Below, in pieces: positions 18,594-28,263 of a stretch of DNA of 64,000 bases (position 1 is its first letter; every line of letters starts with the position of its first letter). Origin of the DNA: Patescibacteria group bacterium (GTDB taxonomy: Bacteria > Patescibacteriota > Patescibacteriia > UBA2591 > JAQWAS01); the NCBI GenBank assembly GCA_028707495.1, contig JAQWAS010000006.1, positions 664 through 64,663 of the forward strand. Direction: 5' to 3'. Both the position numbers and the translations under genes were made by a program. A model generated the notes under the pieces. That model made no database searches. It was not told the origin of the DNA and worked only from the letters and a program-made list of their open reading frames with translations.

Positions 18594-20219
18594 TTACCAG
18601 GCCTTATTAACTTCTACATCAGTATAAAAATATTTAATAATTTCTTCAAAATTCATATCGCGATTTTTAGCCATATCCCAAGCGCCCCAAGCGGACATAC
18701 CGACGCCATGGCCAAAGAGTTCTTCGCCATCATCGTAAGGCACATATTTGGGTTGAATCCAAGGCTTATCACTACCGCCCCAGACTTGAGACCAAAGTTT
18801 AGTCATGCCATCACTGCGAGCGAAATAGGGCGTGATAGCTATTTGATTATTATAAGTTGCAACTAAACCTTGAGTATTTTCAACAGCTTGAACAACATTG
18901 GGGGACATTAATTCACGATCATAGCCACGATAATATTGATCGCCCGGATGTGAAGTTAAAGTAAAATGACGAACTTGATGGCGGGAAGGATTTAAAATGT
19001 TATACAAGGCATAGGTGCGTTCAGCAATAGTCATTGATTCGAGATAGGCCATGGGATTGACATTGCCAGTTTCAGCCATACCCTTTAAATAATCCTCCAT
19101 TGTTAATTCGTTAATTACCCAAAATTTATTATTATCTTGAGGAACGTAGCGTAATTCTAATTTGCCACGAAAACGAGAATAGACACCCCATTCGTCACGA
19201 GTTTTGTTAGTCGTAATTTCTAAAATAGTGTTGTCTAGTGGAATAAAGCGTAGGTATTTGTCAGTCATTAAAATACGTTTACCGCCGACATTTACCATAT
19301 AACGTTGAATATCAAAGTCAAAAATAATTTCTGTTTCTTCGCCTTGTGTCTGAGTAAATAAAAGATTGTTTTCAGCGTCAAAAACTTGATAAGGACCATT
19401 GCCAGTAATTTTGACTGGATCTTCAGTTGAATATAAACCAATACGAATGTCAGGTTCTGAGTTGACCAAATTTAAAACTGGAAATTCGTTGAGGTCTTTT
19501 TTTTCATAACGCGTAGGGTTAAAGCGTGGTTCTTCGATTGATGGTTGAGTTTCATTTTCGGGCAGAGACGAAATTTCTTCATCTGGGGTAGAATTATTTT
19601 CAGCAATAATTTCAGCTTGGTCGGGAGTTTCGGGGACTATAATAGTTCGCGGGGCATTGGGATCCTCAATTTTAATAACTAATTCTAAAGTTCCACCTTG
19701 AATCCAGTCTATACCTTTGGAGGCGATTTGGAAATTTTCAACATACAAACCTTCTTGTTCTGGTGCTTGAATAGCAAAACGAAATAAACCGATTTCGCCG
19801 GGTTTAACCGTTGTTGTTGTCATGCGAGTCGGGCAATAATAAGATGGCCAAAAGTCATGTTGAAAAGTGCTGTGGCGACCATAGGGTTTAGCTAAATTTA
19901 AAGCCACTAAATTATCTCCAGAGTTGCGCCAAGTAGCCGTGCCAGTGTTTTTAAATTTAACCCAAAAAGTAAAGCCTTTGCCGGGCGTTAAATTAATAAC
20001 ATAAGGATAACTTTGTTCGACGCGTTGAGCGGTGTAGGAGGCGGCTTGAATTGGTTTTAAAAAAGAAAAACCACCTACAAATGAGGTGTTAAAAAATAAA
20101 ACCAAGACACAAAATTTAAGGCCAATTTTAATAAACTTTTTGAATTTTTGTTTTTGACTACGACAAAGCATGGGATAAACTCTTACACTTATATTGTAGC
20201 ATGGATGAAAAAATAACAC
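18594..20219 (-). CDS. SpoIID/LytB-domain protein (putative cell-wall lytic transglycosylase or amidase enhancer)
   Basis: C-terminal domain with ...IAERTYALYNI... and GHGVGMSAWGA, which are SpoIID/LytB hallmarks; N-terminal signal/TM anchor. Confidence 0.7.
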   Translation of the reverse strand: MLFFHPCYNISVRVYPMLCRSQKQKFKKFIKIGLKFCVLVLFFNTSFVGGFSFLKPIQAASYTAQRVEQSYPYVINLTPGKGFTFWVKFKNTGTATWRNSGDNLVALNLAKPYGRHSTFQHDFWPSYYCPTRMTTTTVKPGEIGLFRFAIQAPEQEGLYVENFQIASKGIDWIQGGTLELVIKIEDPNAPRTIIVPETPDQAEIIAENNSTPDEEISSLPENETQPSIEEPRFNPTRYEKKDLNEFPVLNLVNSEPDIRIGLYSTEDPVKITGNGPYQVFDAENNLLFTQTQGEETEIIFDFDIQRYMVNVGGKRILMTDKYLRFIPLDNTILEITTNKTRDEWGVYSRFRGKLELRYVPQDNNKFWVINELTMEDYLKGMAETGNVNPMAYLESMTIAERTYALYNILNPSRHQVRHFTLTSHPGDQYYRGYDRELMSPNVVQAVENTQGLVATYNNQIAITPYFARSDGMTKLWSQVWGGSDKPWIQPKYVPYDDGEELFGHGVGMSAWGAWDMAKNRDMNFEEIIKYFYTDVEVNKAW

Positions 20220-20299
20220 AATAGTTAATTAGAAATAATAAACTATTGACTTAGTGAGTTGAAAATCTAAAAATATCAATTGAAACGATAAAATAAAAA

Positions 20300-20632
20300 G
20301 AGCCATTGCGAGGAGCGTAGCGACGAGGCAATCTCTTACGAAATAGAATTTAATGCGTTGATTTACGGGATTGCCACGTCGTCGGATTACCTCCTCCTCG
20401 CAATGACACTTCGGAAGTAAGATTGCCGCCTGCCTGCGGCGGGCAGGCGTCGTTCGCCGAATTGGCAAACTCCTCCTCACAATGACACACATCTAAAGTG
20501 TCATGCTGAACTTGTTTCAGCATCTGTAGTTGGATTAAAATTTGTTATTTTAAATAGACATCATGAGTGTTTACAGATCCTGAAATAAATTCAGGATGAC
20601 AAAAGACAAATTCAGAATGACATCGATAATCA
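20300..20632. repeat. Copy C of the dispersed hairpin-repeat family (gtgtcatgctgaacttgtttcagcatctg; cctgaaataaattcaggatgacaa; ttcagaatgaca; GC-rich palindrome gcctgcctgcggcgggcaggcg)
   Basis: The 30-mer agtgtcatgctgaacttgtttcagcatctgt is identical to one at 53705-53735. The annotated ORF 20229..20492 lies over this repeat and is probably spurious. Confidence 0.7.
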
Positions 20633-20672
20633 ACAAAAAGTGCAATAAGTGTGTACACATTACCAATATACC

Positions 20673-20701
20673 TTGACAAGAAATTTAATTTATGCTAGAA
20701 T
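20673..20701 (+). promoter_or_regulatory. Strong sigma70-type promoter P1 (TTGACA-17-TAGAAT with TGc extended -10), a member of a six-copy promoter family
   Basis: TTGACAAGAAATTTAATTTATGCTAGAAT matches sites at 55939, 56911, 49931(-), 47068(-) and 53552(-). Confidence 0.7.
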
Positions 20702-20849
20702 ATAGATAGATAATAATTATGGTTCTTTGATATAATATTTAATTGCGAAAAGAACAGACTGTTAATGCGGTTGGTTGGTTATCTGACTGATTGCCTTAGT
20801 GGTCTACTCTTTTCGCAATTATACAAAACAAGTTTTCCAAGGAGGAAAG

Positions 20850-21341
20850 ATGGAATGGTGCAAGCAAGACGGTATCATTTATTTCACTGTCACTAGTGAC
20901 ACGACCGGCGAAGGGTGGATCGAGCGTTTCAAAGACCAAGGATTCGATGTTAGCGATTACGCCCAAGGCGTACTTCGTTCACCGGATTTCAAACCGACGA
21001 AGGGAGTGACAAGAAAAATTGCTATCATCATGGGTACAACCTGGGATCATTATAGAGATAGGACCACCAAAAACATCCGTGCCAAGGCATCAGAGCTTGG
21101 CTTTACCACCCCAAGTGGTGAAGTCGCCTGTCTTATCAAAGAGCAATTCTCTGACGAGAAGATTAAAGCCATGGGTCTTTACTGGATTGTCACCATGCAC
21201 GAGCCCATTTATGTTAACGGCGATCCGTTGCTACTCGACGCTAGCATCTCCCGGGTGGTCACGTACTATGGCAATCCCGACAGGAGGTGGAGCCGTGGCG
21301 ATGGGTTCGCTTTCGAGGTCCCGCAAGTTTCTGGCTCTTAA
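20850..21341 (+). CDS. Hypothetical 163 aa protein with GC content well above its surroundings
   Basis: Start chosen at the ATG at 20850, which is preceded by AAGGAGG; the ORF-track start at 20799 lacks an RBS. Promoter P1 lies upstream and an intrinsic terminator downstream. No signal peptide. Confidence 0.55.
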   Translation: MEWCKQDGIIYFTVTSDTTGEGWIERFKDQGFDVSDYAQGVLRSPDFKPTKGVTRKIAIIMGTTWDHYRDRTTKNIRAKASELGFTTPSGEVACLIKEQFSDEKIKAMGLYWIVTMHEPIYVNGDPLLLDASISRVVTYYGNPDRRWSRGDGFAFEVPQVSGS

Positions 21342-21401
21342 GCCTTGGATCTTTGAGCTGTTGAACTTGGAATTTTAGCCCTTGGCTATTGTCGGGGTTA
21401 T

Positions 21402-21440
21402 GCGGGGCGCAATACAATACAAATTGCGCCCCTTTTTTAT
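21402..21440 (+). terminator. Rho-independent terminator (gcggggcgcaat...attgcgcccc followed by TTTTTTATTTT)
   Basis: 10-bp GC-rich stem followed by a T-tract. Confidence 0.8.
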
Positions 21441-21496
21441 TTTCAATAGCTAAAAAGACGGATATGAGATATAATGAAATATAAAACAATTTAAGT

Positions 21497-21633
21497 TGTC
21501 ATTCCCGCGTAGGCGGGAATCCAGGGTTAACAACTTTTAACTTTTTATAGAATAAGCCATATTTAATTTAAAGAGATTTTTTAAATTAAAGTATTTATTT
21601 AATCAATCCTGGATCCCCAATTAGGGATGACAA
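21497..21633. repeat. Copy D of the dispersed repeat family; about 137 bp with terminal inverted repeats TGTCATTCCC...GGGATGACA and an internal hairpin cccgcgtaggcggg
   Basis: The terminal inverted repeats are related to copy B (TGTCATTCTG). Confidence 0.65.
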
Positions 21634-21677
21634 TAAATTAATTTTTAATTTTTGAGATTTAATTTTTAATTTATTCA

Positions 21678-23120
21678 ATGTCTTTGACTCGTAAAATAGC
21701 ACACCAGACAATTATTCAGACTTTGGGTAAGGTTTTTGGTTTGGTAATTGCTTTGATTAGTATTGGTTTAATCACGCGTTATTTGGGAGCTGAAAAATAC
21801 GGCGTGTATACGGCGGTTTTAGTTTTCCTAAATTTATTTGGCGTGTTGGCTGATTGGGGCTTACATTCAATGTTAATTCAGTTTGCCAGTCAGCCCGGTA
21901 CTGATTTAAATAAAATTTTCAACAACATTTTTACTTTAAGGGTTTTATTACTGATTGGGTTTTTGTTTTTAGCCATCGTTGTCGGTTGGTTAATTCCTGT
22001 TTATTCTTTAGAGATTAAAATTGGGATTACGACGTCCTGTTTAGTTTTGTTTTTTGTCTCAGTTAATCAACTTTTAACCGCAGTTTTCCAACTTAAAATT
22101 AAAATGCAGGCCGTAGCTTGGGGAGAATTTTTAGCCAAATTGACTGGTTTAATTTTTATTATAATCGCTATCTTTTTAAAATTAAATATTTATTTTATTT
22201 TATTAAATGTAGTTTTGGGTGGTTTGGTGAGATTTTCAATTTTATTTTTTAAAGCTAAAAAATATATTCAATTTAAATGGCAATTTGACTTTGATTTATG
22301 GAAAAAAGTTTTAAATAAAACATGGCCATTAGCCTTATCAATTGTTTTTAGTATGATGTATTTTTTAATGGATACAATTATTCTATCTTGGACTCAACCA
22401 AATTTTGACGTTGGGATTTATGGCGCGAGTTATAAAGTTTTAGAAAATTTAATTGTTTTTCCAGTGATGTTTATTGGTTTAGTTTTTCCACTTTTGAGTC
22501 AGAGTTGGCAAAATCAAGATTTAGAAAAATTTAAGCATGTTTTGCAAAAAGCTTTTGATTTTTTAATCATCATTGTTACGCCTTTAATTTTTGGCGGTTA
22601 TTTAATTGGTAATAAATTAATGGTTTTTGTTGCCGGATCAGAATTCTATCTATCTGGTGAAGTGCTTAAAATTTTATTATTAGCTGTTGGTTGGCTGTTT
22701 GTGGGGCAATTATTTGGTCATACGATCATTGCCTTGGATTTACAAAAGAAAATGATGTGGTGTTATTTAATTATTGCGATTATGAGTTTAATTGGCTATA
22801 GTATTTTAATTCCACGTTATTCATATTTTGGCGCAGCTTGGATGACAGTCGGAGCTGAAATGTTGATGGTAATTTTAAGCAGTCTGTTAATTTTTAAAAA
22901 AACGCATTGGCTACCCGAGATTAAAACATTATTTAAAAGTTTATTCGCCAGTTTGATTATGGCTGGGGCGATATATTTAATTTTAGATTTAAATTTGTTA
23001 ATTAATTTAATAATTGGAATTATAGTTTATTTTAGCATCTTATATTTAATTGGTGGTGTTAAGAAGCAAGTTTTGCAAGAGATATTGAGGTTGAAGTATA
23101 ATACCAATGACACTAATTAA
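21678..23120 (+). CDS. Polysaccharide biosynthesis / oligosaccharide flippase (Wzx-like, MOP superfamily)
   Basis: 480 aa with about 12-14 TM helices; the N-terminal pattern is typical of Wzx/MurJ-like flippases. Confidence 0.7.
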   Translation: MSLTRKIAHQTIIQTLGKVFGLVIALISIGLITRYLGAEKYGVYTAVLVFLNLFGVLADWGLHSMLIQFASQPGTDLNKIFNNIFTLRVLLLIGFLFLAIVVGWLIPVYSLEIKIGITTSCLVLFFVSVNQLLTAVFQLKIKMQAVAWGEFLAKLTGLIFIIIAIFLKLNIYFILLNVVLGGLVRFSILFFKAKKYIQFKWQFDFDLWKKVLNKTWPLALSIVFSMMYFLMDTIILSWTQPNFDVGIYGASYKVLENLIVFPVMFIGLVFPLLSQSWQNQDLEKFKHVLQKAFDFLIIIVTPLIFGGYLIGNKLMVFVAGSEFYLSGEVLKILLLAVGWLFVGQLFGHTIIALDLQKKMMWCYLIIAIMSLIGYSILIPRYSYFGAAWMTVGAEMLMVILSSLLIFKKTHWLPEIKTLFKSLFASLIMAGAIYLILDLNLLINLIIGIIVYFSILYLIGGVKKQVLQEILRLKYNTNDTN

Positions 23121-23149
23121 ATACTAATGACACTAATAGATATAATATT

Positions 23150-24499
23150 ATGACTTTATTTATTTTATTAACATTGTTATTTGCTTTATTTATTTTTTTG
23201 AGTTGGCAAAATATTCAGTTAGCCTTGGGCTTATTATTTTTATGTTTGCCAAGTTATTTGATTCGATTTAATGTCGGATTTTTGCCGACGACAGTTTTAG
23301 AATTGATGATTTTAGCCATTTTTTTAACTTGGTTAGTTAAGAAATTGATTCGACATGAGCGAGTTTTAATTATAAAAAAATGGTTTTGGATTATTTTAAT
23401 GTGGCTGTTGGGTGCGACCTTGGCTTTATTAGTTTCGGCTGACTTAAGGGTGGCGGCTGGGATTTGGAAAGCTTATTTTATAGAACCAATTATAATTTTT
23501 ATAATTTTAATTGATGTTATTCAAAAACGTCGAGACATTAATTTAATTATGCATTTTTTAAGCGTAAGTGTGGTTAGTGTTGCACTTTTAGCGATTTATC
23601 AAAAAATAACGGGTTGGTTAGTACCGATCGAATTTTGGCAAGATGGGCGGATGACGAGTTTTTTTGGTTATCCCAATGCAATTGGTTTATACGTGGCGCC
23701 AATAGTTATTTTACTTTTGGCTCAGATTAAAGAAATTTTTAAAAATAAAAAAGATTTAAAATGGGGAGTCTTTTATTTAATAACTATTATTTTGGGCATT
23801 ATCAGCTTAGTTTTAGCAAAGTCGGAGGGGGCAGTAGTTGGCTTGTTGGCCGGAATTATTTTTTTAGCTTTATTAAGTGGGCCTAGAGAAAGAAAAACCA
23901 TTTTAATTATAATAATTTTAGCAATTTTAATGATAAGTTTTTATCAGCCTTGGCAAGAATATGCTAGAGAAAAAATAACTTTAAACGATTTGTCTGGTCA
24001 GATTCGTCGCCAACAGTGGAAAGAAACCTGGCAGATGTTGCAAGATGGCCGAATTTTAAGTGGTTCGGGTCTAGCCAGTTATCAGATAGCTATTGAACCT
24101 TATCATCAGGATGGGATTTTTTTTAACGCTGAGAAAGACCCTGATTTTAAGCGCAAAATAATTTTATTTAGCGATGAATATAAGGCGGAACACTGGCAAC
24201 CGGTAGAAATTTATTTATACCCGCACAACATAATTTTAAATTTTTGGACTGAATTGGGTTTGGCCGGATTATCAATTTTTATTTTGTGTCTTTTGGAATT
24301 TTTTAAAACTGGTGGATTAATTTTGAAAAATAAAAAAAATTATTTAGTTATCGGCTTGATGGCTAGTATGATTGTTATTTTAATTCATGGCTTAGTGGAT
24401 GTACCGTATTTTAAAAATGATTTAGCTATTTTATGGTGGCTATTTATTGGTTTAATAACAATTTTAGATATTAAATATCAAACGCGTTATGAAAATTAG
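23150..24499 (+). CDS. O-antigen ligase/polymerase-like polytopic membrane protein
   Basis: 449 aa multi-TM protein with a periplasmic loop and a Wzy_C-like region, adjacent to the flippase. Confidence 0.55.
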   Translation: MTLFILLTLLFALFIFLSWQNIQLALGLLFLCLPSYLIRFNVGFLPTTVLELMILAIFLTWLVKKLIRHERVLIIKKWFWIILMWLLGATLALLVSADLRVAAGIWKAYFIEPIIIFIILIDVIQKRRDINLIMHFLSVSVVSVALLAIYQKITGWLVPIEFWQDGRMTSFFGYPNAIGLYVAPIVILLLAQIKEIFKNKKDLKWGVFYLITIILGIISLVLAKSEGAVVGLLAGIIFLALLSGPRERKTILIIIILAILMISFYQPWQEYAREKITLNDLSGQIRRQQWKETWQMLQDGRILSGSGLASYQIAIEPYHQDGIFFNAEKDPDFKRKIILFSDEYKAEHWQPVEIYLYPHNIILNFWTELGLAGLSIFILCLLEFFKTGGLILKNKKNYLVIGLMASMIVILIHGLVDVPYFKNDLAILWWLFIGLITILDIKYQTRYEN

Positions 24500-25199
24500 A
24501 TTACAAAAATTTTTATCACAAGCCGGCTGTTGTTCGCGTCGGCAAGCAGAGGAATTAATCCAACAAAAAAGGATTAAAATTAATAACCAAGTGGCACGGC
24601 TAGGCGATAAAGCAGAAATTAACAAAGACGAAGTTAGGTTTGATGAGCGTGTTATAAAATTGACTTCGAACTTAATTTATATTAAATTAAATAAACCTAG
24701 GGGATATACTTGCACGCACGGTAAATTTGAAAAAGAAAAAAATATTTTTGAATTAATTAATCTTAAAGAAAAATTATTAATTGTTGGTCGTTTAGATCGA
24801 GAGAGTCGTGGTTTAGTATTATTAACGACAGATGGTGAATTGATGCAACAAATTACGCATCCGAGTTATCGACACGAAAAAGAATATATAGTTAAAATTA
24901 GCCAAAAAATTACCGAAGAAGAAATTAAAAATTTAATCCGAGTTTTTAGGGCTGGACTAGATTTGGGACCCGATTTTGGGAAAGTAAGAGTTAAAAATAT
25001 AGAATATTTGAAACAAAGTCAATTTAAAATAATTTTAATCCAAGGTAAAAAACGACAAATTCGCCAAATGTTTCAAAAATTAAATTACCAAGTTGCTGAT
25101 TTACAAAGAATTAGAATAAAAAACATCAAATTAGAAAAATTAGCAGAAGGTAAATGGCAATATTTAACTCAAACAGAAATTAATAATTTAAAAAAATAA
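24489..25199 (+). CDS. Pseudouridine synthase, RsuA/RluB family (S4 domain plus catalytic domain)
   Basis: N-terminal S4 RNA-binding motif (RLQKFLSQAGCCSRRQAEELI) and the catalytic Asp motif (GRLDRESRGLVLLT). Confidence 0.85.
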   Translation: MKIRLQKFLSQAGCCSRRQAEELIQQKRIKINNQVARLGDKAEINKDEVRFDERVIKLTSNLIYIKLNKPRGYTCTHGKFEKEKNIFELINLKEKLLIVGRLDRESRGLVLLTTDGELMQQITHPSYRHEKEYIVKISQKITEEEIKNLIRVFRAGLDLGPDFGKVRVKNIEYLKQSQFKIILIQGKKRQIRQMFQKLNYQVADLQRIRIKNIKLEKLAEGKWQYLTQTEINNLKK

Positions 25200-25214
25200 T
25201 TTAATTTAAAAATT

Positions 25215-25523
25215 ATGAATATAACAAAAATTTTTCCTCAAAGTTTTCTGTGTGCACTCGGTACGACTGCGTATATAATTTTAGTAAGTTTAATAATGAA
25301 TAAGGGCGAACAAATTTTTGGTCAGACAGATGGTGTGGCTGGTCCAATAGCTTTTTTGCTTTTGTTTGTTTTTTCAGCGGCTCTGACTGGAAGTTTAGTT
25401 TTGGGTAAGCCGGTTTTACTTTATTTAGATGGAAAAAAGAAAGAAAGTATCCAGATGTTTTTAACAACTTTGGGTTGGTTATTAATTATGACGATGCTAG
25501 CGTTAGTGTTGAGCGTAGCTTAA
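25215..25523 (+). CDS. Small 3-TM membrane protein (102 aa)
   Basis: Hydrophobic profile only; chosen over the overlapping antisense ORF 25213..25467. Confidence 0.35.
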   Translation: MNITKIFPQSFLCALGTTAYIILVSLIMNKGEQIFGQTDGVAGPIAFLLLFVFSAALTGSLVLGKPVLLYLDGKKKESIQMFLTTLGWLLIMTMLALVLSVA

Positions 25524-25539
25524 CTAATTCAAAAAATAA

Positions 25540-25625
25540 GGAGAGGTCGCATAGTTGGTCGATTGCGCTGGTTTCGAAAACCAGTAGACTGTAAAGTCTC
25601 GAGGGTTCGAATCCCTCCCTCTCCG
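25540..25625 (+). tRNA. tRNA-Ser (CGA), long variable arm, CCA not encoded
   Basis: Acceptor GGAGAGG/CCTCTCC, anticodon stem CTGGT/ACCAG with loop TTCGAAA (CGA), long variable arm, T-loop TTCGAAT. Confidence 0.85.
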
Positions 25626-25652
25626 TTTTTAGGGTTTTATTAAAAAATTTTT

Positions 25653-26411
25653 ATGTCCCAATACTACAAAATCCCACGCGATTCAAGATGGAACTTTGAC
25701 CCCAATCAAAAAAATAACTTTAAACTAAGTCGCTCTAAATTGGCTTTATTTTTAGAATGTCCACGTTGTTTTTATCTTGATAATCGTTTAGGTCTTAAAC
25801 GACCAGCGGGTTATCCTTTTAATTTAAATTCGGCCGTGGATTATTTATTAAAAAAAGAATTTGATATTCATCGAGCTGAAAAAAAACAACATCCTTTACA
25901 GGAAAAATATGGCCTTGATGCTCGGCCGGTAGCACATGAAAAATTAGACGTTTGGCGTGAAAATTTTCAAGGTGTTGAATATTTACACCCTGAAACTAGT
26001 TTATTAATTACCGGTGCGATTGATGATTTGTGGATTAATTCCAAAGGAGAATATATCGTGGTAGATTACAAGGCCACTTCAAAAAATGATGAGATTACAG
26101 AATTAGATCAAGATTGGCAAGATAGTTATAAACGCCAGATGGATATTTATCAATGGTTGCTACGTCGAAACGGACTTAAGGTTTCAGATACAGGCTATTT
26201 TGTTTATTGTAATGGCCGAACCGACACAGAAGCTTTTGATGCCAGATTAGAATTTGATGTGACTTTGGTACCATATAAAGGCGATGACAGTTGGGTCGAT
26301 AAAGCTATTTTAGATGCTTATGAATGTTTAATGTCTAACCAAATTCCAGAATCTAATTCTGAATGTGATTATTGTCTTTATCGTCAAACAATTCAAAAAT
26401 ATCTTAAATAA
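25653..26411 (+). CDS. PD-(D/E)XK nuclease with Cas4/RecB-like Cys cluster
   Basis: N-terminal CPRC, a central D...DYKATSK (D-x-n-D/E-x-K) motif and C-terminal CDYC, matching the four-Cys Fe-S arrangement of Cas4/AddB-type nucleases. Confidence 0.55.
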   Translation: MSQYYKIPRDSRWNFDPNQKNNFKLSRSKLALFLECPRCFYLDNRLGLKRPAGYPFNLNSAVDYLLKKEFDIHRAEKKQHPLQEKYGLDARPVAHEKLDVWRENFQGVEYLHPETSLLITGAIDDLWINSKGEYIVVDYKATSKNDEITELDQDWQDSYKRQMDIYQWLLRRNGLKVSDTGYFVYCNGRTDTEAFDARLEFDVTLVPYKGDDSWVDKAILDAYECLMSNQIPESNSECDYCLYRQTIQKYLK

Positions 26412-26413
26412 AT

Positions 26414-27346
26414 ATGATGGATTTGTTTAAAGAAATTTTAGAAAAATATAATTTAGAATTTAAAAAAGATCATCCAGAAATTGAAATTAATGGTAGCCCT
26501 GAACGTTGCCAGCAACGTTGGGTAATTGAAGATCAAGTGGGTGATTTTTTTATTGTTGAAAAAATTTTTAATCATCAAGTTAACCGTCGAGAATATATCA
26601 GTCAAAATTTAGAAAAATTAAATCAAGCTGGTTTAGATAAAATTGAATTATATTTAACAAATAATCAGAATGAGTTTATAACTCAAATTAACAAAGACTG
26701 GTGGCAGATTAAAAAATATATTTTGGGCGTAGATTTGCAACGTCCAGATTATTTAGATGACAGCTGGCGTGGTCAAGTTTTGGCTGACTGGTATTTAGAA
26801 TTTAGTCAAAATAGTTCAAAATTAAACACAATTCCTCAAGCGGTTTTTTCTATTAAAACTTATATTTATGAATTAATTGAAGGGCTTAAAAAATATCAGC
26901 CTAAAGTTTTGAATCAGATTGAACCTGTTTTGAATTTTTTGAACCAAAAGTTTATGTTACAACATGATAAATTAACCAAGAGTTTTTGTCATGGTGATTG
27001 GCATGTGTTAAATATAATTTGGGGAGAACAAGAAATTAAAAAAGTTATTGATTGGGAATTTTGCGGTTGGAAACCGCAAGTCTATGATTTAGCTAATATG
27101 TTAGGTTGTTTAGGAGTTGAACATCCAACGGCTTTTCAAAGAAAATGCGTTTTAAGTTTAATTCAAAAAATAAAAGGGTCTAATTTATTTAATAAATTAA
27201 GCTGGCAAATTTTACCAGAATTTATTTTAGCCTTGCGTTTTGCCTGGTTGGCTGAATGGTTGAGAAAAAATGACCAGCCGATGATTAAATTAGAAATAGA
27301 TTATATGTTTTGGTTAAAAGCTAATGTTGATAAATTAATTGATTAA
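26414..27346 (+). CDS. Phosphotransferase-family kinase (APH/choline-kinase-like)
   Basis: Catalytic HGDWHVLNI and DWEF motifs. Confidence 0.55.
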   Translation: MMDLFKEILEKYNLEFKKDHPEIEINGSPERCQQRWVIEDQVGDFFIVEKIFNHQVNRREYISQNLEKLNQAGLDKIELYLTNNQNEFITQINKDWWQIKKYILGVDLQRPDYLDDSWRGQVLADWYLEFSQNSSKLNTIPQAVFSIKTYIYELIEGLKKYQPKVLNQIEPVLNFLNQKFMLQHDKLTKSFCHGDWHVLNIIWGEQEIKKVIDWEFCGWKPQVYDLANMLGCLGVEHPTAFQRKCVLSLIQKIKGSNLFNKLSWQILPEFILALRFAWLAEWLRKNDQPMIKLEIDYMFWLKANVDKLID

Positions 27347-27384
27347 GAGTTTACTCTTTTTTGTTTTTTATCTATAATATATAT

Positions 27385-28254
27385 ATGAATAAAAAAATTA
27401 CCAAAGCGGTTATACCCGTGGCCGGTTTCGGTACGCGATTTTTTCCAGCTACCAAAGCTCAGCCCAAACAAATGTTGCCAATTTTAGATAAACCAGTTAT
27501 TCAATATATTGTTGAGGAAATGGTAGAGTCTGGAATTAAACAAATTATTTTAGTAACCGGTGCTGATAAAAGAGCCATTGAAGATCATTTTGATTATAAT
27601 GATGCTTTGGCTCTTCATCTAGAAAAACAGGGCAAAAAAGATGTTTTAGAGCAAATGGAAAAAATTTCAAACATGGCTGACTTTATTTATGTGCGCCAAA
27701 AGGGTCCCTACGGTAATGGCACACCATTATTAAACGTTCAAGAAATAATCGGCGATGAACCTTTTATCTGTGCTTTTGGCGATGATGTTTTTATGGGAGA
27801 AAAACCAGCTGTTCAGCAAATAATCGAAGTATATAATCAATATGGTGGAAGTGTTATTGGATCTTTTAGAGTTGATCAAAATAAAGTTAATCAATATGGG
27901 GTTTTGGATGTTGAAAAAAAAGAAGATAAAATTTATCAAATAAAAGATATTGTTGAAAAACCATTAGTTAAGGATGCTCCCTCTAATTTAGTTGTAACTG
28001 GTCGGTATTTATTTACTCCAGATATTTTTAAAGCATTAAAAGAGATTCAACTTGATGGGGGAAAAGAATTGTGCGTTTCAGATGCAATTGATATTTTATT
28101 GGGCCAAAATAAGCCCTTTTATGCTCGAGAAATTGATGGAACATATTATGATTGTGGCAATAAGTTTGAATTTTTAAAGGCCATCGTGGATGTTGGTTTG
28201 CAACGGCCAGAATTTAAAAAAGATTTAATTGATTATCTAAAAGCTAAAATATAA
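27385..28254 (+). CDS. galU: UTP--glucose-1-phosphate uridylyltransferase
   Basis: KAVIPVAGFGTRFFPATKAQPKQMLPILDKPVIQYIVEE is a canonical GalU N-terminus. Start set at MNKK (27385) rather than the ORF-track 27361. Confidence 0.85.
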   Translation: MNKKITKAVIPVAGFGTRFFPATKAQPKQMLPILDKPVIQYIVEEMVESGIKQIILVTGADKRAIEDHFDYNDALALHLEKQGKKDVLEQMEKISNMADFIYVRQKGPYGNGTPLLNVQEIIGDEPFICAFGDDVFMGEKPAVQQIIEVYNQYGGSVIGSFRVDQNKVNQYGVLDVEKKEDKIYQIKDIVEKPLVKDAPSNLVVTGRYLFTPDIFKALKEIQLDGGKELCVSDAIDILLGQNKPFYAREIDGTYYDCGNKFEFLKAIVDVGLQRPEFKKDLIDYLKAKI

Positions 28255-28263
28255 TCTATAAGT

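Noticed and set aside
20229-20492. ORF-track CDS of 87 aa on the minus strand
   Set aside because: It lies entirely within hairpin-repeat copy C and its Arg/Cys-rich translation reflects the GC-rich palindromes. No RBS was seen, so it is likely spurious.
21019-21489. ORFs 21019..21378 (+) and 21259..21489 (-)
   Set aside because: They are alternative-frame and antisense shadows of the GC-rich gene 20850..21341, and they overlap its terminator.
25213-25467. Minus-strand 84 aa ORF
   Set aside because: It overlaps almost exactly a plus-strand ORF that encodes a plausible small membrane protein; the plus-strand ORF was preferred.
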